DNA of 42,291 nt from Myxococcota bacterium (GCA_049322255.1 JBMORE010000004.1:1-42291), one strand, 5' to 3'. Positions 9,550 to 18,746 are shown, numbered from the stretch's first letter. The notes: a model not told the origin generated them from the letters alone. Translations and numbers: made by a program.

Positions 9550-9580
9550 CGTTGCCGATGATATTCAGAAATCGCTGGCG

Positions 9581-9734
9581 TCACCCATCGACGAGCTGTG
9601 GCTCAATGCCCGGAAACCGCGCGAAGTCTCTATCGGCTGTCAGAATCTTGGAGACGCCGTGCTCGCGACACCTGCGTGCAGGCGCGTTTCGGCAGATGCG
9701 CATAGATGAGCACGTTGGTGTCGACGGCGATCAC
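9581..9734 (-). pseudogene. vapC: vapC remnant (frameshift plus large internal deletion)
   Basis: GTG-started MIAVDTNVLIYAH, then AETRLHA in a shifted frame, joined to the C-terminus CREHGVSKILTADRDFARFPGIEPQLVDG*. Only 154 bp; the middle of the PIN domain is absent. Confidence 0.8.
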
Positions 9735-9886
9735 CGACGCTCCATCGGATCGTAGAGCGCGTCCCGGTCGGCGATGTCCACGGCCGGAGCCGATGTCCCC
9801 CGCACGATGGGCAACTCCAGCTTTTCGCGTCGCTTCTTCTCTCCTCGTGCGAGCAGGCGCGCCCTCAGTTCGAGCGTCGTCTTCAT
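9731..9886 (-). pseudogene. vapB-like antitoxin, apparently internally deleted
   Basis: 51 aa MKTTLEL|RARLLARGEKKRREKLELPIVRGTSAPAVDIADRDALYDPMERR*. Antitoxin-like N- and C-termini without the expected helices between them; GTGA overlap with the vapC remnant. Confidence 0.7.
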
Positions 9887-9894
9887 TGTTCAAA

Positions 9895-9918
9895 CCGTAC
9901 TGATGAGCCGTATTGATG
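9895..9918. promoter_or_regulatory. Direct repeat upstream of decayed vapBC (possible operator)
   Basis: CCGTACTGATG-AG-CCGTATTGATG (10/11 identical), about 9 nt upstream of the antitoxin ATG. Confidence 0.4.
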
Positions 9919-9940
9919 GGCAACCGGCCTATGGGCTTCA

Positions 9941-10948
9941 TCAGCCCAGGGCCGACCGGTAGTCGACCTCTTGCTCCTCGGAGCAGCTGGCGTCCGCCTC
10001 GGCGAGGGCGAAGAAGCTGCGCACCAGGGCCTCCACCTCCGCCGCTCGCTCCAGATGGTTCACCTGGTTGCGGAAGGCCGAGGAGCCGCGCAGGCCGTGC
10101 GAGTACCAGCCCAGGTGCTTGCGGAAGGCGCGCACCGCCGCTTGCTCCTGGCCGACGAAGGTGAGGTGGTCGGCGAAGTGGCGCAAGACGAGAGCGCAGC
10201 GCTCCGTGGGCGTGGGGGGTGGGCCCCCGAGGAGCTCGCGGAAAATCCACGGATTGCCCAGCGCGCCGCGGCCAATCATCACGAAGTCGCAGCCGGTGGT
10301 CTTCAGCATGCGGTGGGCATCGGCCAAGGTCTTCACATCGCCGTTGCCGATGATGGGCATCTTCACGTTCCGCTTGAGGTCGGCGATGACGCTCCAGTCG
10401 GCCTTGCCCGCGTAGCCTTGGGTCCGCGTGCGAGGGTGCACCGCCAGCGCGGCGCAACCCGCCTCTTCCAGCGCCGTCGCCATCTCCAAATAGTTGCGGC
10501 TGTGGTGGTCCCACCCGGAGCGAATCTTCGCCGTCACCGGTAGCCCCGTGGCCTCGCGAATGCGGCGGACGATTTCCGCCGCCCGCGGCACGTCGCACAA
10601 CAGCGCCGAACCCGCACCGCTTTTGGTCACCTTCTTCACCGGGCAACCCATGTTGATGTCGATGATTTGCGCGCCGAATTTTTTTCCCTCCAGCGCTGCC
10701 TTCTCCATCACCTCCGGCTCGCCACCGAAAATCTGCAACGAGTAGGGCCGCTCGATGTCTTCGTCGTGGCGCAGGTACTTCACTGTGCGGGCGTTGGCGC
10801 GCATCAGCCCTTGCGCGCTCACCAGCTCGGTGGGGCAAAGCGCGGCCCCCATCTCGAAGGCGAGGACACGGAACGGCTGCTCGCTCACGCCCGCCATCGG
10901 GGCGAGGATGAACGGGTTCTTCAGCAAAAAAGGACCCAGCGCCGGCAT
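9941..10948 (-). CDS. dusB: tRNA-dihydrouridine synthase B
   Basis: ILAPMAGV, IDINMGCP, AKIRSGWD, VHPRT, IIGNGDV and VMIGRGALGNPWIF. Confidence 0.93.
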   Translation of the reverse strand: MPALGPFLLKNPFILAPMAGVSEQPFRVLAFEMGAALCPTELVSAQGLMRANARTVKYLRHDEDIERPYSLQIFGGEPEVMEKAALEGKKFGAQIIDINMGCPVKKVTKSGAGSALLCDVPRAAEIVRRIREATGLPVTAKIRSGWDHHSRNYLEMATALEEAGCAALAVHPRTRTQGYAGKADWSVIADLKRNVKMPIIGNGDVKTLADAHRMLKTTGCDFVMIGRGALGNPWIFRELLGGPPPTPTERCALVLRHFADHLTFVGQEQAAVRAFRKHLGWYSHGLRGSSAFRNQVNHLERAAEVEALVRSFFALAEADASCSEEQEVDYRSALG

Positions 10949-11019
10949 CGTGCCCTCTTTAATCGATCTTCCTCGGCCTTTCCTGCGGCGAGCGGGCGGG
11001 CGCGTTAAGGTGGGGCCCG

Positions 11020-12378
11020 ATGCTCCGGTTCCGCTTGGGCTCCGTTCCCGTCGAGGTGCACCCCAGCCACCTTTTCACCTCCGCCCTCATCGGGCTGATG
11101 GGAACGCAGGGCTCCATGGCCGGCGCGGCGGTGGCCTTCGAGGTGGTGTCGTGGATAGGGGTGGTGTTCCTCTCGGTGCTGGTGCACGAGCTGGGGCACG
11201 CGCTCGTCTCCTTGGCCTTCGGCTACCGCCCGAGCATCTCGCTGGTGGCGCTGGGAGGCCTCACCAACCCCAACGCGCCCGGGCCCATCCCCTGGCACAA
11301 GGATGTGCTGCTGACCCTCGCCGGGCCGACCTTCGGTTTTGGGCTTGCCGCGGTGGCCTTCGCCCTGTTGCAGCTGGCTCCACCAGAGGGAGCGGCCGCA
11401 GCCGTGCTGCGCCACCTGTTGCTCGCCAACCTCTTCTGGTCGGCGATGAACCTCTTGCCAGTCAGCCCCCTCGACGGCGGGCGCATTTCCTCGGCCATTC
11501 TTTTGCGCGCGTTTGGCCGGCGAGGCTTCATGGGCGCCCACGTCCTCGCGCTGTGCGTGTCGGCGCTGGTGGTGCTGGCGGCGGTGAAGTTGGGCTGGCT
11601 CTTCCTCGCCATCTTCTTCGGCCTCTACGGCTTTCGCGCGCTCACCTTGCTCTCCGCGGCCCTCAAGGGGGAAACACCTACCGGTCCACCCGACCCCCAC
11701 GAGCTCGCCTTCGCCCAAGCGGCGGCTCTCTTTGGCGAGGGCAAGCTCGACGAGGCCGGCCGGGTAGCCCAGCGCGCCGCCGAGACCAGCGCCCTTTCCA
11801 CCCGCGCACGCGCGCATCACCTCCTGGGGTGGATTTCTCTCAAGCAGGCCAAGGGCCGGCAGGCGCTCGACTACTTCTCGCAGGTACAAGGCCAACCCGT
11901 CGAGCCGCAGGCGCTGGCCGCGGCCTTCTCGCTGGTCGGCGACGAAACACGCGCGCTGCCCCTGTGGGAGCTGGCCTGGCGACAGACCAAGAGCTCCACC
12001 GTGCTGCATGAGTACGCCGGAGCGCTCGTTCGCCTCGGACGAGTCGATGAAGCGCTGCGTCTTCCAGGCGTGGACCCGGGCAGCGCCTACCAGTGTGCCG
12101 AGCGGGTGCTCGCCCTGCGCGAAGACTTCGCCGCCGCCGCCCAGCTGGGAGAAGCCGCTCTGGCCCATACCCCGCGTGCCGAGATTGCCTATGACGCCGC
12201 CTGCTCTCATGCCCGGGCCGGCAACCGCGCCGACGCGCTGCGTCTACTGTGGAAGGCCCATGAATTGGGCTTCACCAGCGCCGATTTCGCCGAGACGGAC
12301 AGCGATTTGTCTTCTTTGAACGGCCACCCGGAGTTCGTTCACTACCTGTCCGCCCTGCGAAAATCTGCGCGGTCATGA
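11020..12378 (+). CDS. Site-2 protease (M50) with C-terminal TPR domain
   Basis: HELGH, LAGP and NLLPVSPLDGG motifs in a multi-TM region, followed by helical TPR-like repeats ending YDAACSHARAG...DSDLSSL. Confidence 0.9.
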   Translation: MLRFRLGSVPVEVHPSHLFTSALIGLMGTQGSMAGAAVAFEVVSWIGVVFLSVLVHELGHALVSLAFGYRPSISLVALGGLTNPNAPGPIPWHKDVLLTLAGPTFGFGLAAVAFALLQLAPPEGAAAAVLRHLLLANLFWSAMNLLPVSPLDGGRISSAILLRAFGRRGFMGAHVLALCVSALVVLAAVKLGWLFLAIFFGLYGFRALTLLSAALKGETPTGPPDPHELAFAQAAALFGEGKLDEAGRVAQRAAETSALSTRARAHHLLGWISLKQAKGRQALDYFSQVQGQPVEPQALAAAFSLVGDETRALPLWELAWRQTKSSTVLHEYAGALVRLGRVDEALRLPGVDPGSAYQCAERVLALREDFAAAAQLGEAALAHTPRAEIAYDAACSHARAGNRADALRLLWKAHELGFTSADFAETDSDLSSLNGHPEFVHYLSALRKSARS

Positions 12379-12466
12379 CAGACGGATGACGTGCCGGGGT
12401 GTTGATCGAGGCTGACGCTGAGCAACTTGCGCGCTCAGTTGGCCCTCGACCTTCAAGGACTCACAC

Positions 12467-13459
12467 GTGAGCTCTCCCACCTCGACCCGCGCCCCCGACG
12501 AGAAGATCGAGCTTCTCGCCTCCGTTCCCTTCTTCGCCGTACACGCGATGTGTCTGTTCGCGTTCTACACCGGGGTCACCTGGCAGCTCGTCGGCGCCTG
12601 CCTGGCCAGTTACTACCTGCGCATGCTGGCGGTGACCATCGGGTACCACCGTTACTTCGCGCACCGCACCTTCAAGACGAACCGGGCGTTCCAGCTCCTG
12701 CTCGCGCTGCTTGCCTCCACCAGCGCTCAGAAGGGCGTGCTGTGGTGGGCGGCGCACCACCGCCATCACCACCGCGAGTCCGACCAGGCAGGCGATGTGC
12801 ACTCGCCCACCCTCAAAGGTTTCTGGTGGAGCCACGCGGGGTGGATTCTTTGCCGCAAGTACAACCCAACCCGGTTCGATCTGATCAAAGACTTCGCCCG
12901 CTTCCCCGAGCTGGTGTGGCTCAACCGCTGGCACCTTTTGCCGCCCACCGCCCTGGGGGTGGCGACGTTCTTCATCGGCGGCTTTCCGCTGCTCATCTGG
13001 GGTTTCTTCATTCCCACCGTGCTCCTGTGGCACGGCACCTTCACCATCAATTCGCTCAGCCACGTCTTCGGCAGCCGGCGCTACCGCACCACCGACACCA
13101 GCCGGAACAACTGGCTCTTGGCCCTCGTCACCTGCGGCGAGGGCTGGCACAACAACCACCACTACCACCAGAACACCGCCAACCAGGGGTGGTTCTGGTG
13201 GGAGGTAGACCTCTCCTTCTACCTGCTCAAGCTCCTGGCGCGGGTGGGGCTGGTGAGCGATTTGCGTCTGCCTCCCGATGCGGTGCGATGGGCACACCTC
13301 AAGTACAGCCCCCAGGAGCGCGCCGCGCTGCGCGCCGAAACCGGACGCTTCGGCTTGGGCCAGACCGCCTCTGCCCGGGTGCGTGAGGCGATCGCTGCGG
13401 CGGCAGAGCGCCTTCCCCCCACCGCACCGTCGCCGGTACCCGTGCTCGAACAGCGCTGA
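12467..13459 (+). CDS. Delta-9-type acyl-CoA/lipid desaturase
   Basis: His boxes GYHRYFAH, HRHHH and GEGWHNNHH; also INSLSH. Confidence 0.93.
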   Translation: MSSPTSTRAPDEKIELLASVPFFAVHAMCLFAFYTGVTWQLVGACLASYYLRMLAVTIGYHRYFAHRTFKTNRAFQLLLALLASTSAQKGVLWWAAHHRHHHRESDQAGDVHSPTLKGFWWSHAGWILCRKYNPTRFDLIKDFARFPELVWLNRWHLLPPTALGVATFFIGGFPLLIWGFFIPTVLLWHGTFTINSLSHVFGSRRYRTTDTSRNNWLLALVTCGEGWHNNHHYHQNTANQGWFWWEVDLSFYLLKLLARVGLVSDLRLPPDAVRWAHLKYSPQERAALRAETGRFGLGQTASARVREAIAAAAERLPPTAPSPVPVLEQR

Positions 13460-13473
13460 AGGAGTCCCTCTCC

Positions 13474-14760
13474 TCAGATCTGCGCCATGCGCGCCCATAG
13501 GGCCTGGGCGCTGTGACGAGCCTGCTCCGCCACCGCCTCGGGGTTCACTGAGAGCGGCCGCCGCGCCCACATGCGCCACACCCCGTCGACCATCACCGAC
13601 TCCACCCAACGGGCGCTCCACCCGTAGAGCAAGTGGCCGGCGAGGTTCTCGGCGGTGAGGGGGGTGGGCGTGCGGTAGTCGAGAATGACCAAGTCGGCCA
13701 CCGCCTTCTCGCGCAAAACGCCGATGGCCTCTCCGAACAGCTGGCTCGCATAGCGCTGGGCGTTGGCCAAGTAGTGCAGCGCGTCCATCGGCTGCCCGGC
13801 GTCGAGGGCGCGAAAGTGCGCCACCTGAGCCTCGGCGAGCATGTCGGCCCCCAGGCCTCCGGTGCCCAGCATCGCCCGCGCGCCGAACTTTCCCGCCGGC
13901 GCGTAACCCACCTGCTGGTTCATGTTCGAGCGCGGGTTGTGTACCAGCCACGCTCCGGTGGTGATGACTTGTGACAGCTCGGGCCAGGAAAGCGCCACCG
14001 CGTGGGCGACGAGCGCATGAGGAGTGAGCAGGCCTGCGTCCAACAGGCGCGCCACCGGTACCTGGCCGTAGCGCTCGAAGGAGAGCCGCTCGTCGACGAC
14101 GTCCTCCCCCAGTTTCAAGTGCACCCCTGCCCCCACCTCCTCGCACGCGCGGCGCAAACCCTCCAGCGCGTCGCGCGACAGCGTGAAGCAGGCGTGCGCC
14201 CCCACCATCCCCCGAAAACGCCCCCGCGCCTTCTTGGCGAAGCTGACGTTTTCCTCCAGGCCTTCCTCGCGGCCCTGGGCGCCGTGGCGATCGGTGACCT
14301 CGTAGGCGAGCACCGCCCGCAAGCCCACTTCGTTGAGCCCGCGCGCCACCCGGGTGAGCGAGCCAGAAATCGCCTTCGGCGAAGCGTGGTGGTCGAACAC
14401 CGTGGTGGTCCCGCAGGCCAGGGCGTCGAGCGCCCCCACGGTGGCAGAAATCTGCACGGTATCGAGGTCGAGCGACTGGTCGAGCCTCCACCAGCTTCGC
14501 TCCAGGCTCTGTGCAAAGGACTCCGGCTTGGGCGCAGGCGGCGGCATGCCGCGGGCGAGCGACGCGTAGAGATGATGGTGCGCGCACACCAAGCCGGGGA
14601 TGATGATTTTCCCCCGAACGTCGATGACCTCGTCGCGCTCCTCCGGGGTCAGCCGCGCGTCCCGAGCCACGATGTGGCCCTCTTCGATTCGCAAGTCCGC
14701 CAGCTCCACCGTGGCGGGCTCGAATTCGACGAGGGTGGCTCCCTTGAGGATGGTACCCAA
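13474..14760 (-). CDS. SsnA-like amidohydrolase (metal site partly degenerate)
   Basis: PGLVCAHHHLYASLARG, WWRLD, GTTTVFDHHASP, YEVTDRHG, VGAHACFTLS and HNPRSNMN. TTG start. Confidence 0.85.
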   Translation of the reverse strand: MGTILKGATLVEFEPATVELADLRIEEGHIVARDARLTPEERDEVIDVRGKIIIPGLVCAHHHLYASLARGMPPPAPKPESFAQSLERSWWRLDQSLDLDTVQISATVGALDALACGTTTVFDHHASPKAISGSLTRVARGLNEVGLRAVLAYEVTDRHGAQGREEGLEENVSFAKKARGRFRGMVGAHACFTLSRDALEGLRRACEEVGAGVHLKLGEDVVDERLSFERYGQVPVARLLDAGLLTPHALVAHAVALSWPELSQVITTGAWLVHNPRSNMNQQVGYAPAGKFGARAMLGTGGLGADMLAEAQVAHFRALDAGQPMDALHYLANAQRYASQLFGEAIGVLREKAVADLVILDYRTPTPLTAENLAGHLLYGWSARWVESVMVDGVWRMWARRPLSVNPEAVAEQARHSAQALWARMAQI

Positions 14761-14949
14761 CGTGGCTCCAGCGGAGCACGCACGTTACCAGCCGGGGCAT
14801 TGGCCGCGAAGGACGAACCCACTCGGTGCAAAGACGTTTTGCGTGGAACTGTCCGGGTTTAGGCCAAATGACGGCGCCGGTGTCGCAGCCTCTGAGCAGC
14901 GCGCCCTCATCGACTCAGCCAAGCCCGCTCGATCTTTGGCCGCGCACCT

Positions 14950-14965
14950 TGGCACACCCGTTGCT
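14950..14965 (+). promoter_or_regulatory. Sigma54 (-24/-12) promoter
   Basis: TGGCAC-ACCCG-TTGCT with exact GG-N10-GC spacing, 30 nt upstream of the protease ATG. Confidence 0.75.
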
Positions 14966-14994
14966 CAACGCGGGCGACCTTCTCTGGGGACTTC

Positions 14995-16416
14995 ATGCAC
15001 AGGTTTTCTTTCGTGGTGGTGGCAGCGCTCATCGTGGGCTGCGCCCCCTTCGAGGAGAGCGAGGAGCGCTACCAGACTCACCGCTCGCCGATCGTCGGCG
15101 GCACCGTGAGCAACGCCGATACAGCGGTGGTGGCCGTCTCGGTGGGGACGAGCGAGCAGTACTGCACCGGAACGTTGATTGCCCCCAAGACGGTGCTCAC
15201 CGCCGCCCACTGCGTCTACGCCTACGGAGTCAACCAGCCCTACTATGTGCTCGTGGGCACCTATGCGTACCAGCCGACGCAGCGGGTGCGAGTGGTTTCG
15301 CAGCATGAGCACCCCAGCTACGACGGAAGCCGGCACGACATCGGTGTGCTGCAACTCGAGCAGCCGGTATCCAACGTAACGCCGATCGAAGCCAACCCGG
15401 TGGCGCTCACCTCGGCGGACCTAGGCAGGTCCCTTCGCCACGTGGGCTTCGGAGTCACCGACCCGATGACGGGGGGAGGCGGCGGGGTGAAGCGGGAGGT
15501 GACGTACACCTTACGCCAGGTGCGTAGCTACACCCTCGAGTCGGGAGCCACCGGCAAGCAAACTTGTGGAGGCGACTCGGGTGGCCCCGCGCTGATGGTC
15601 ACCGCCGGCAGCAATCTCGAGCGGGTGGTGGGGGTGGTGAGCTACGGCGACCCCGACTGCGCGGAGTACGGTATCGACAGTCGGGTGGACGTCGACCTCG
15701 GATGGGTGCAGAGCACCTCCGCGGCCTGGGAGGCGCCCACCTGCGCCACCGACAGTAAATGCGTGAGCGGTTGCACCCCGGTGGACCAAGATTGCGTGTG
15801 CATCGCCGACGGGGTGTGCAGCCCGCAATGCCAAGACCTCTTGCGCGACCCCGACTGCCCGCGTGACTGCGTGGCCAACGGAGTGTGCGCCGCCCAAAGC
15901 TGCCCGCAGCCCGACCCCGACTGCGTTCCCGAGGGCGGAGTGTGCAGCTCCGAGGCGATGTGCCAGTCGCGCCAGTGCGTGAGCGACCCGCAGCACCCGG
16001 CGTATTACTGCTCACGCGTGTGCACCCAGGCCGCCGATTGCCCCGCGCAGATGGAGTGCGCCTCCTCGGGGGTGTGCCTCTTCCCGCAAAAACCCGAAGC
16101 CGACTTAGGCGAGCTGTGTACCGCCGCCGACCACTGCCGCGCCGGGGTGTGCACCGGTCCCTCCAACGGGCCGCTACGCTGCGCGCTCACCTGCGTCGTC
16201 CAAGCCGACTGTCCCGCCGACCACTCCTGTGAGGGAGGGGTGGGCGGCACCCGTTACTGCCGCTCGCCCCACGAGCCCACCAGCCGCTGGGTGACGCTGC
16301 CCCGGGCGAGCCTGACAGAGCGTGCAGCAGGCTGCGCAACGGTGGGCGGCGGACCGCTGGCAGCGCTGGCTTGGTGCGCGCTGAGCCTCCTTCGCCGCGT
16401 CCGACGGAGCCACTGA
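14995..16416 (+). CDS. S1 (trypsin-like) serine protease with Cys-rich domain and MYXO-CTERM-like tail
   Basis: Lipobox IVGC, IVGG mature N-terminus, TAAHC / HDIG / GDSGGP triad, Cys-rich repeats and GC-hydrophobic-RRVRR tail. Confidence 0.92.
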   Translation: MHRFSFVVVAALIVGCAPFEESEERYQTHRSPIVGGTVSNADTAVVAVSVGTSEQYCTGTLIAPKTVLTAAHCVYAYGVNQPYYVLVGTYAYQPTQRVRVVSQHEHPSYDGSRHDIGVLQLEQPVSNVTPIEANPVALTSADLGRSLRHVGFGVTDPMTGGGGGVKREVTYTLRQVRSYTLESGATGKQTCGGDSGGPALMVTAGSNLERVVGVVSYGDPDCAEYGIDSRVDVDLGWVQSTSAAWEAPTCATDSKCVSGCTPVDQDCVCIADGVCSPQCQDLLRDPDCPRDCVANGVCAAQSCPQPDPDCVPEGGVCSSEAMCQSRQCVSDPQHPAYYCSRVCTQAADCPAQMECASSGVCLFPQKPEADLGELCTAADHCRAGVCTGPSNGPLRCALTCVVQADCPADHSCEGGVGGTRYCRSPHEPTSRWVTLPRASLTERAAGCATVGGGPLAALAWCALSLLRRVRRSH

Positions 16417-16417
16417 C

Positions 16418-17863
16418 GTGCGCGCTCCCCTCCTTCTTCTTGCCGTCCTTGTGGGGGCCGCTTGTGCGCCACCCGACGACGAAGCCGCGGTGCCTTCCCT
16501 TTCGCTCGCGCGCTCGCCCATCGTCGGCGGGACGCTGGACTCGGGCGACCCCCAGGTGTTCATGCTCCTGCAGGAGTACAACAACGGCACCCAGTCGGGC
16601 TGCACGGCCACGCTCATCGGGCAACGAACCCTGGTCACCGCTGCCCACTGCGTCGATCCGCGCATCGGCAACGCCACCGCCGTGATGCTGTGGGGAATGA
16701 ACCGCCCCTCCATCGGCCAAGCCACCAGCAGCGACTTCATTCCGGTGGTGGAGACCCGCATGCACCCCAGCTGGAACCCCGCGGTGGGCCTGGAGCACGA
16801 CATCGCGCTCGCGCTCCTGCAAACCGCGCCCAGCGTGCCCAGCGTCAAGGAATGGAACCGCGCCAGCGTCAGCGCTTTCGGGGGTCGGCCGCTGCGCGCG
16901 GTGGGCTACGGAACCACAGGTGGCGGAAACGGCTCGGGCGTGCGGCGGACGGTGGACCTCACCTTCCGCCAAGTCAGCTCGACGCACATCTGGCTGGGAG
17001 ACGGGCAAGGCAAGGGCGTGTGCCACGGCGACTCCGGCGGGCCCTCGTTTCACACCTTCAGCGACGGAGTCGAGCGGCTGGTGGGCATTCACTCCTTCAC
17101 CGCCACCGAGGCGTGCACCGACGGCGCCGACATTCGCATCGACGCGTACCAAAGCTTCGTCAGCCAATGGCTCGCCGAGAAGGAAGCGCCCACCTGCGCC
17201 GAGGACTCTCGGTGCGTTCCGGGGTGCACGCCGATCGATCAAGACTGCGCCTGCGCCGCCGACGGGCAGTGCACGGCCGCCTGCCAAAACCTCACCAAAG
17301 ACCCCGACTGCCCGGTGGACTGCGTGGCCAACGGAGTGTGCTCCCTCTTTGCCTGCCCCACCCCTGACATCGACTGCGTACCCGAGGGTGGGCGCTGCGG
17401 CTCGGAGCTGCAGTGCTCCTCGCGGCAGTGCGTGAGCGACCCGCAGCACCCGGGGTTCTACTGCTCGCGCCCCTGCACCCAGAATGACCAGTGCCCCAGC
17501 GGCCTGGAGTGCACCGGTGGCGTCTGCACCTACGTGCAGCTGCCCACCGTCGAGCCGGGAACTACCTGCACCCAGGGACAGCAGCATTGCACCGGGGGCA
17601 CGGTGTGCGCCGGGCTCACCGCCAGCTCTACCAGGTGCCTTGCGCCCTGCGTGGCGGACACCGACTGCGTGGGCCCGGCCACCTGTGTCGACGGGCACAA
17701 CGGAGTGAAGTACTGCGCCGACACTTCCCGGCCGTGGGTGGTGCTGCAGCGGGCCAAGCTGGAGGGACGCGCCCCCGCGGGCTGTGCTTCGGTAGGCACG
17801 GAGCCACTGTGGGCGCTGGGGCTGGTCGCGCTGCAGGCGCTTCGCCGACGTCGGCGAGGCTGA
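16418..17863 (+). CDS. S1 serine protease paralogue with Cys-rich domain and MYXO-CTERM-like tail
   Basis: Lipobox GAAC, IVGG, TAAHC / HDIA / GDSGGP, the same Cys-rich scaffold and GC-hydrophobic-RRRRR tail. Confidence 0.92.
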   Translation: MRAPLLLLAVLVGAACAPPDDEAAVPSLSLARSPIVGGTLDSGDPQVFMLLQEYNNGTQSGCTATLIGQRTLVTAAHCVDPRIGNATAVMLWGMNRPSIGQATSSDFIPVVETRMHPSWNPAVGLEHDIALALLQTAPSVPSVKEWNRASVSAFGGRPLRAVGYGTTGGGNGSGVRRTVDLTFRQVSSTHIWLGDGQGKGVCHGDSGGPSFHTFSDGVERLVGIHSFTATEACTDGADIRIDAYQSFVSQWLAEKEAPTCAEDSRCVPGCTPIDQDCACAADGQCTAACQNLTKDPDCPVDCVANGVCSLFACPTPDIDCVPEGGRCGSELQCSSRQCVSDPQHPGFYCSRPCTQNDQCPSGLECTGGVCTYVQLPTVEPGTTCTQGQQHCTGGTVCAGLTASSTRCLAPCVADTDCVGPATCVDGHNGVKYCADTSRPWVVLQRAKLEGRAPAGCASVGTEPLWALGLVALQALRRRRRG

Positions 17864-17924
17864 AAGTACCGCTGACTTGAGCCTTGGTGTCCCTTGGGGC
17901 TATGTCCGGCCGCCGGAGGACTGG

Positions 17925-18743
17925 ATGGAAATCGACGTCGGCGAATGGTTTCACCTCGCCATTCGCTGGGTGCACGTCTTCGCCGGCATCATGTGGATCG
18001 GCCAGACGTATTTCTTCACCTGGCTGGATGCGCGCCTGGAGGAAGCAGAAGGCCTCGCCGCCCGGGACAACCTGGGCGCCACGGTGTGGATGGTGCACTC
18101 GGGCGGCTTCTACGTCGTCGACAAGCAAAAAGTGCCCAAGCTCTTGCCGCGCAAGCTGCACTGGTTCAAGTACGAGGCGCTGCTCACCTGGCTCTCCGGC
18201 GTCGTGCTCTTGGCGTACGTCTATTACGCCGGCGGAGCGATGGTCGACGAGATGGTGTACGCGCTCGACGAACGCACCGCCATCGCCATCGGCGTGGGAG
18301 CCATCGTCGCCGCCTGGTTCGTCTACGACTTCTTTTGGCTCTCCCCGCTGGGGAAAAACGAGGGGGTGGGGGCGGCCGTCTCCTACTTGCTCCTCATCGC
18401 CGCGGCCTACGCCTTCACCCGGCTCTTCAGCGGCCGGGCGGCCTACATGCACGTGGGCGCGCTGATGGGAACCCTGATGGTGTGCAACGTGTGGCTGCGC
18501 ATCTTACCGGCGCAGCGGCAGCTGATTGCCGCCACCAAGGAAGGCCAGTCGCCCGACCTCACCCTGGCCTCGCGCGCCAAGCAGCGCAGCAAGCACAACA
18601 CCTTCATGGTGATGCCTCTGGTGTTCATCATGCTCTCCAACCACTTCCCCACCTCCACCTTCGGCACCGACTACCGGTGGCCGGTGCTGGCGGCGCTCAT
18701 TCTCATCGGCTGGGCGGTGGCCAAGGTGGTGAGGAGCCACTGA
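17925..18743 (+). CDS. puuD: Urate hydroxylase PuuD, membrane domain only
   Basis: RWVHVFAGIMWIG, VHSGGFY, LHWFKYEA, AKQRSKHN and MLSNHFP. GGAGGA RBS before ATG 17925; first gene of the allantoin operon; no CxxCH. Confidence 0.85.
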   Translation: MEIDVGEWFHLAIRWVHVFAGIMWIGQTYFFTWLDARLEEAEGLAARDNLGATVWMVHSGGFYVVDKQKVPKLLPRKLHWFKYEALLTWLSGVVLLAYVYYAGGAMVDEMVYALDERTAIAIGVGAIVAAWFVYDFFWLSPLGKNEGVGAAVSYLLLIAAAYAFTRLFSGRAAYMHVGALMGTLMVCNVWLRILPAQRQLIAATKEGQSPDLTLASRAKQRSKHNTFMVMPLVFIMLSNHFPTSTFGTDYRWPVLAALILIGWAVAKVVRSH

Positions 18744-18746
18744 CGC

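Noticed and set aside
12461..14800. 779-aa minus ORF and many other long overlapping ORFs (e.g. 1407..2621, 16187..17698, 38159..39349)
   Set aside because: Arg/Gly/Pro-rich shadow frames expected in high-GC DNA, overlapping genes that have clear motifs.
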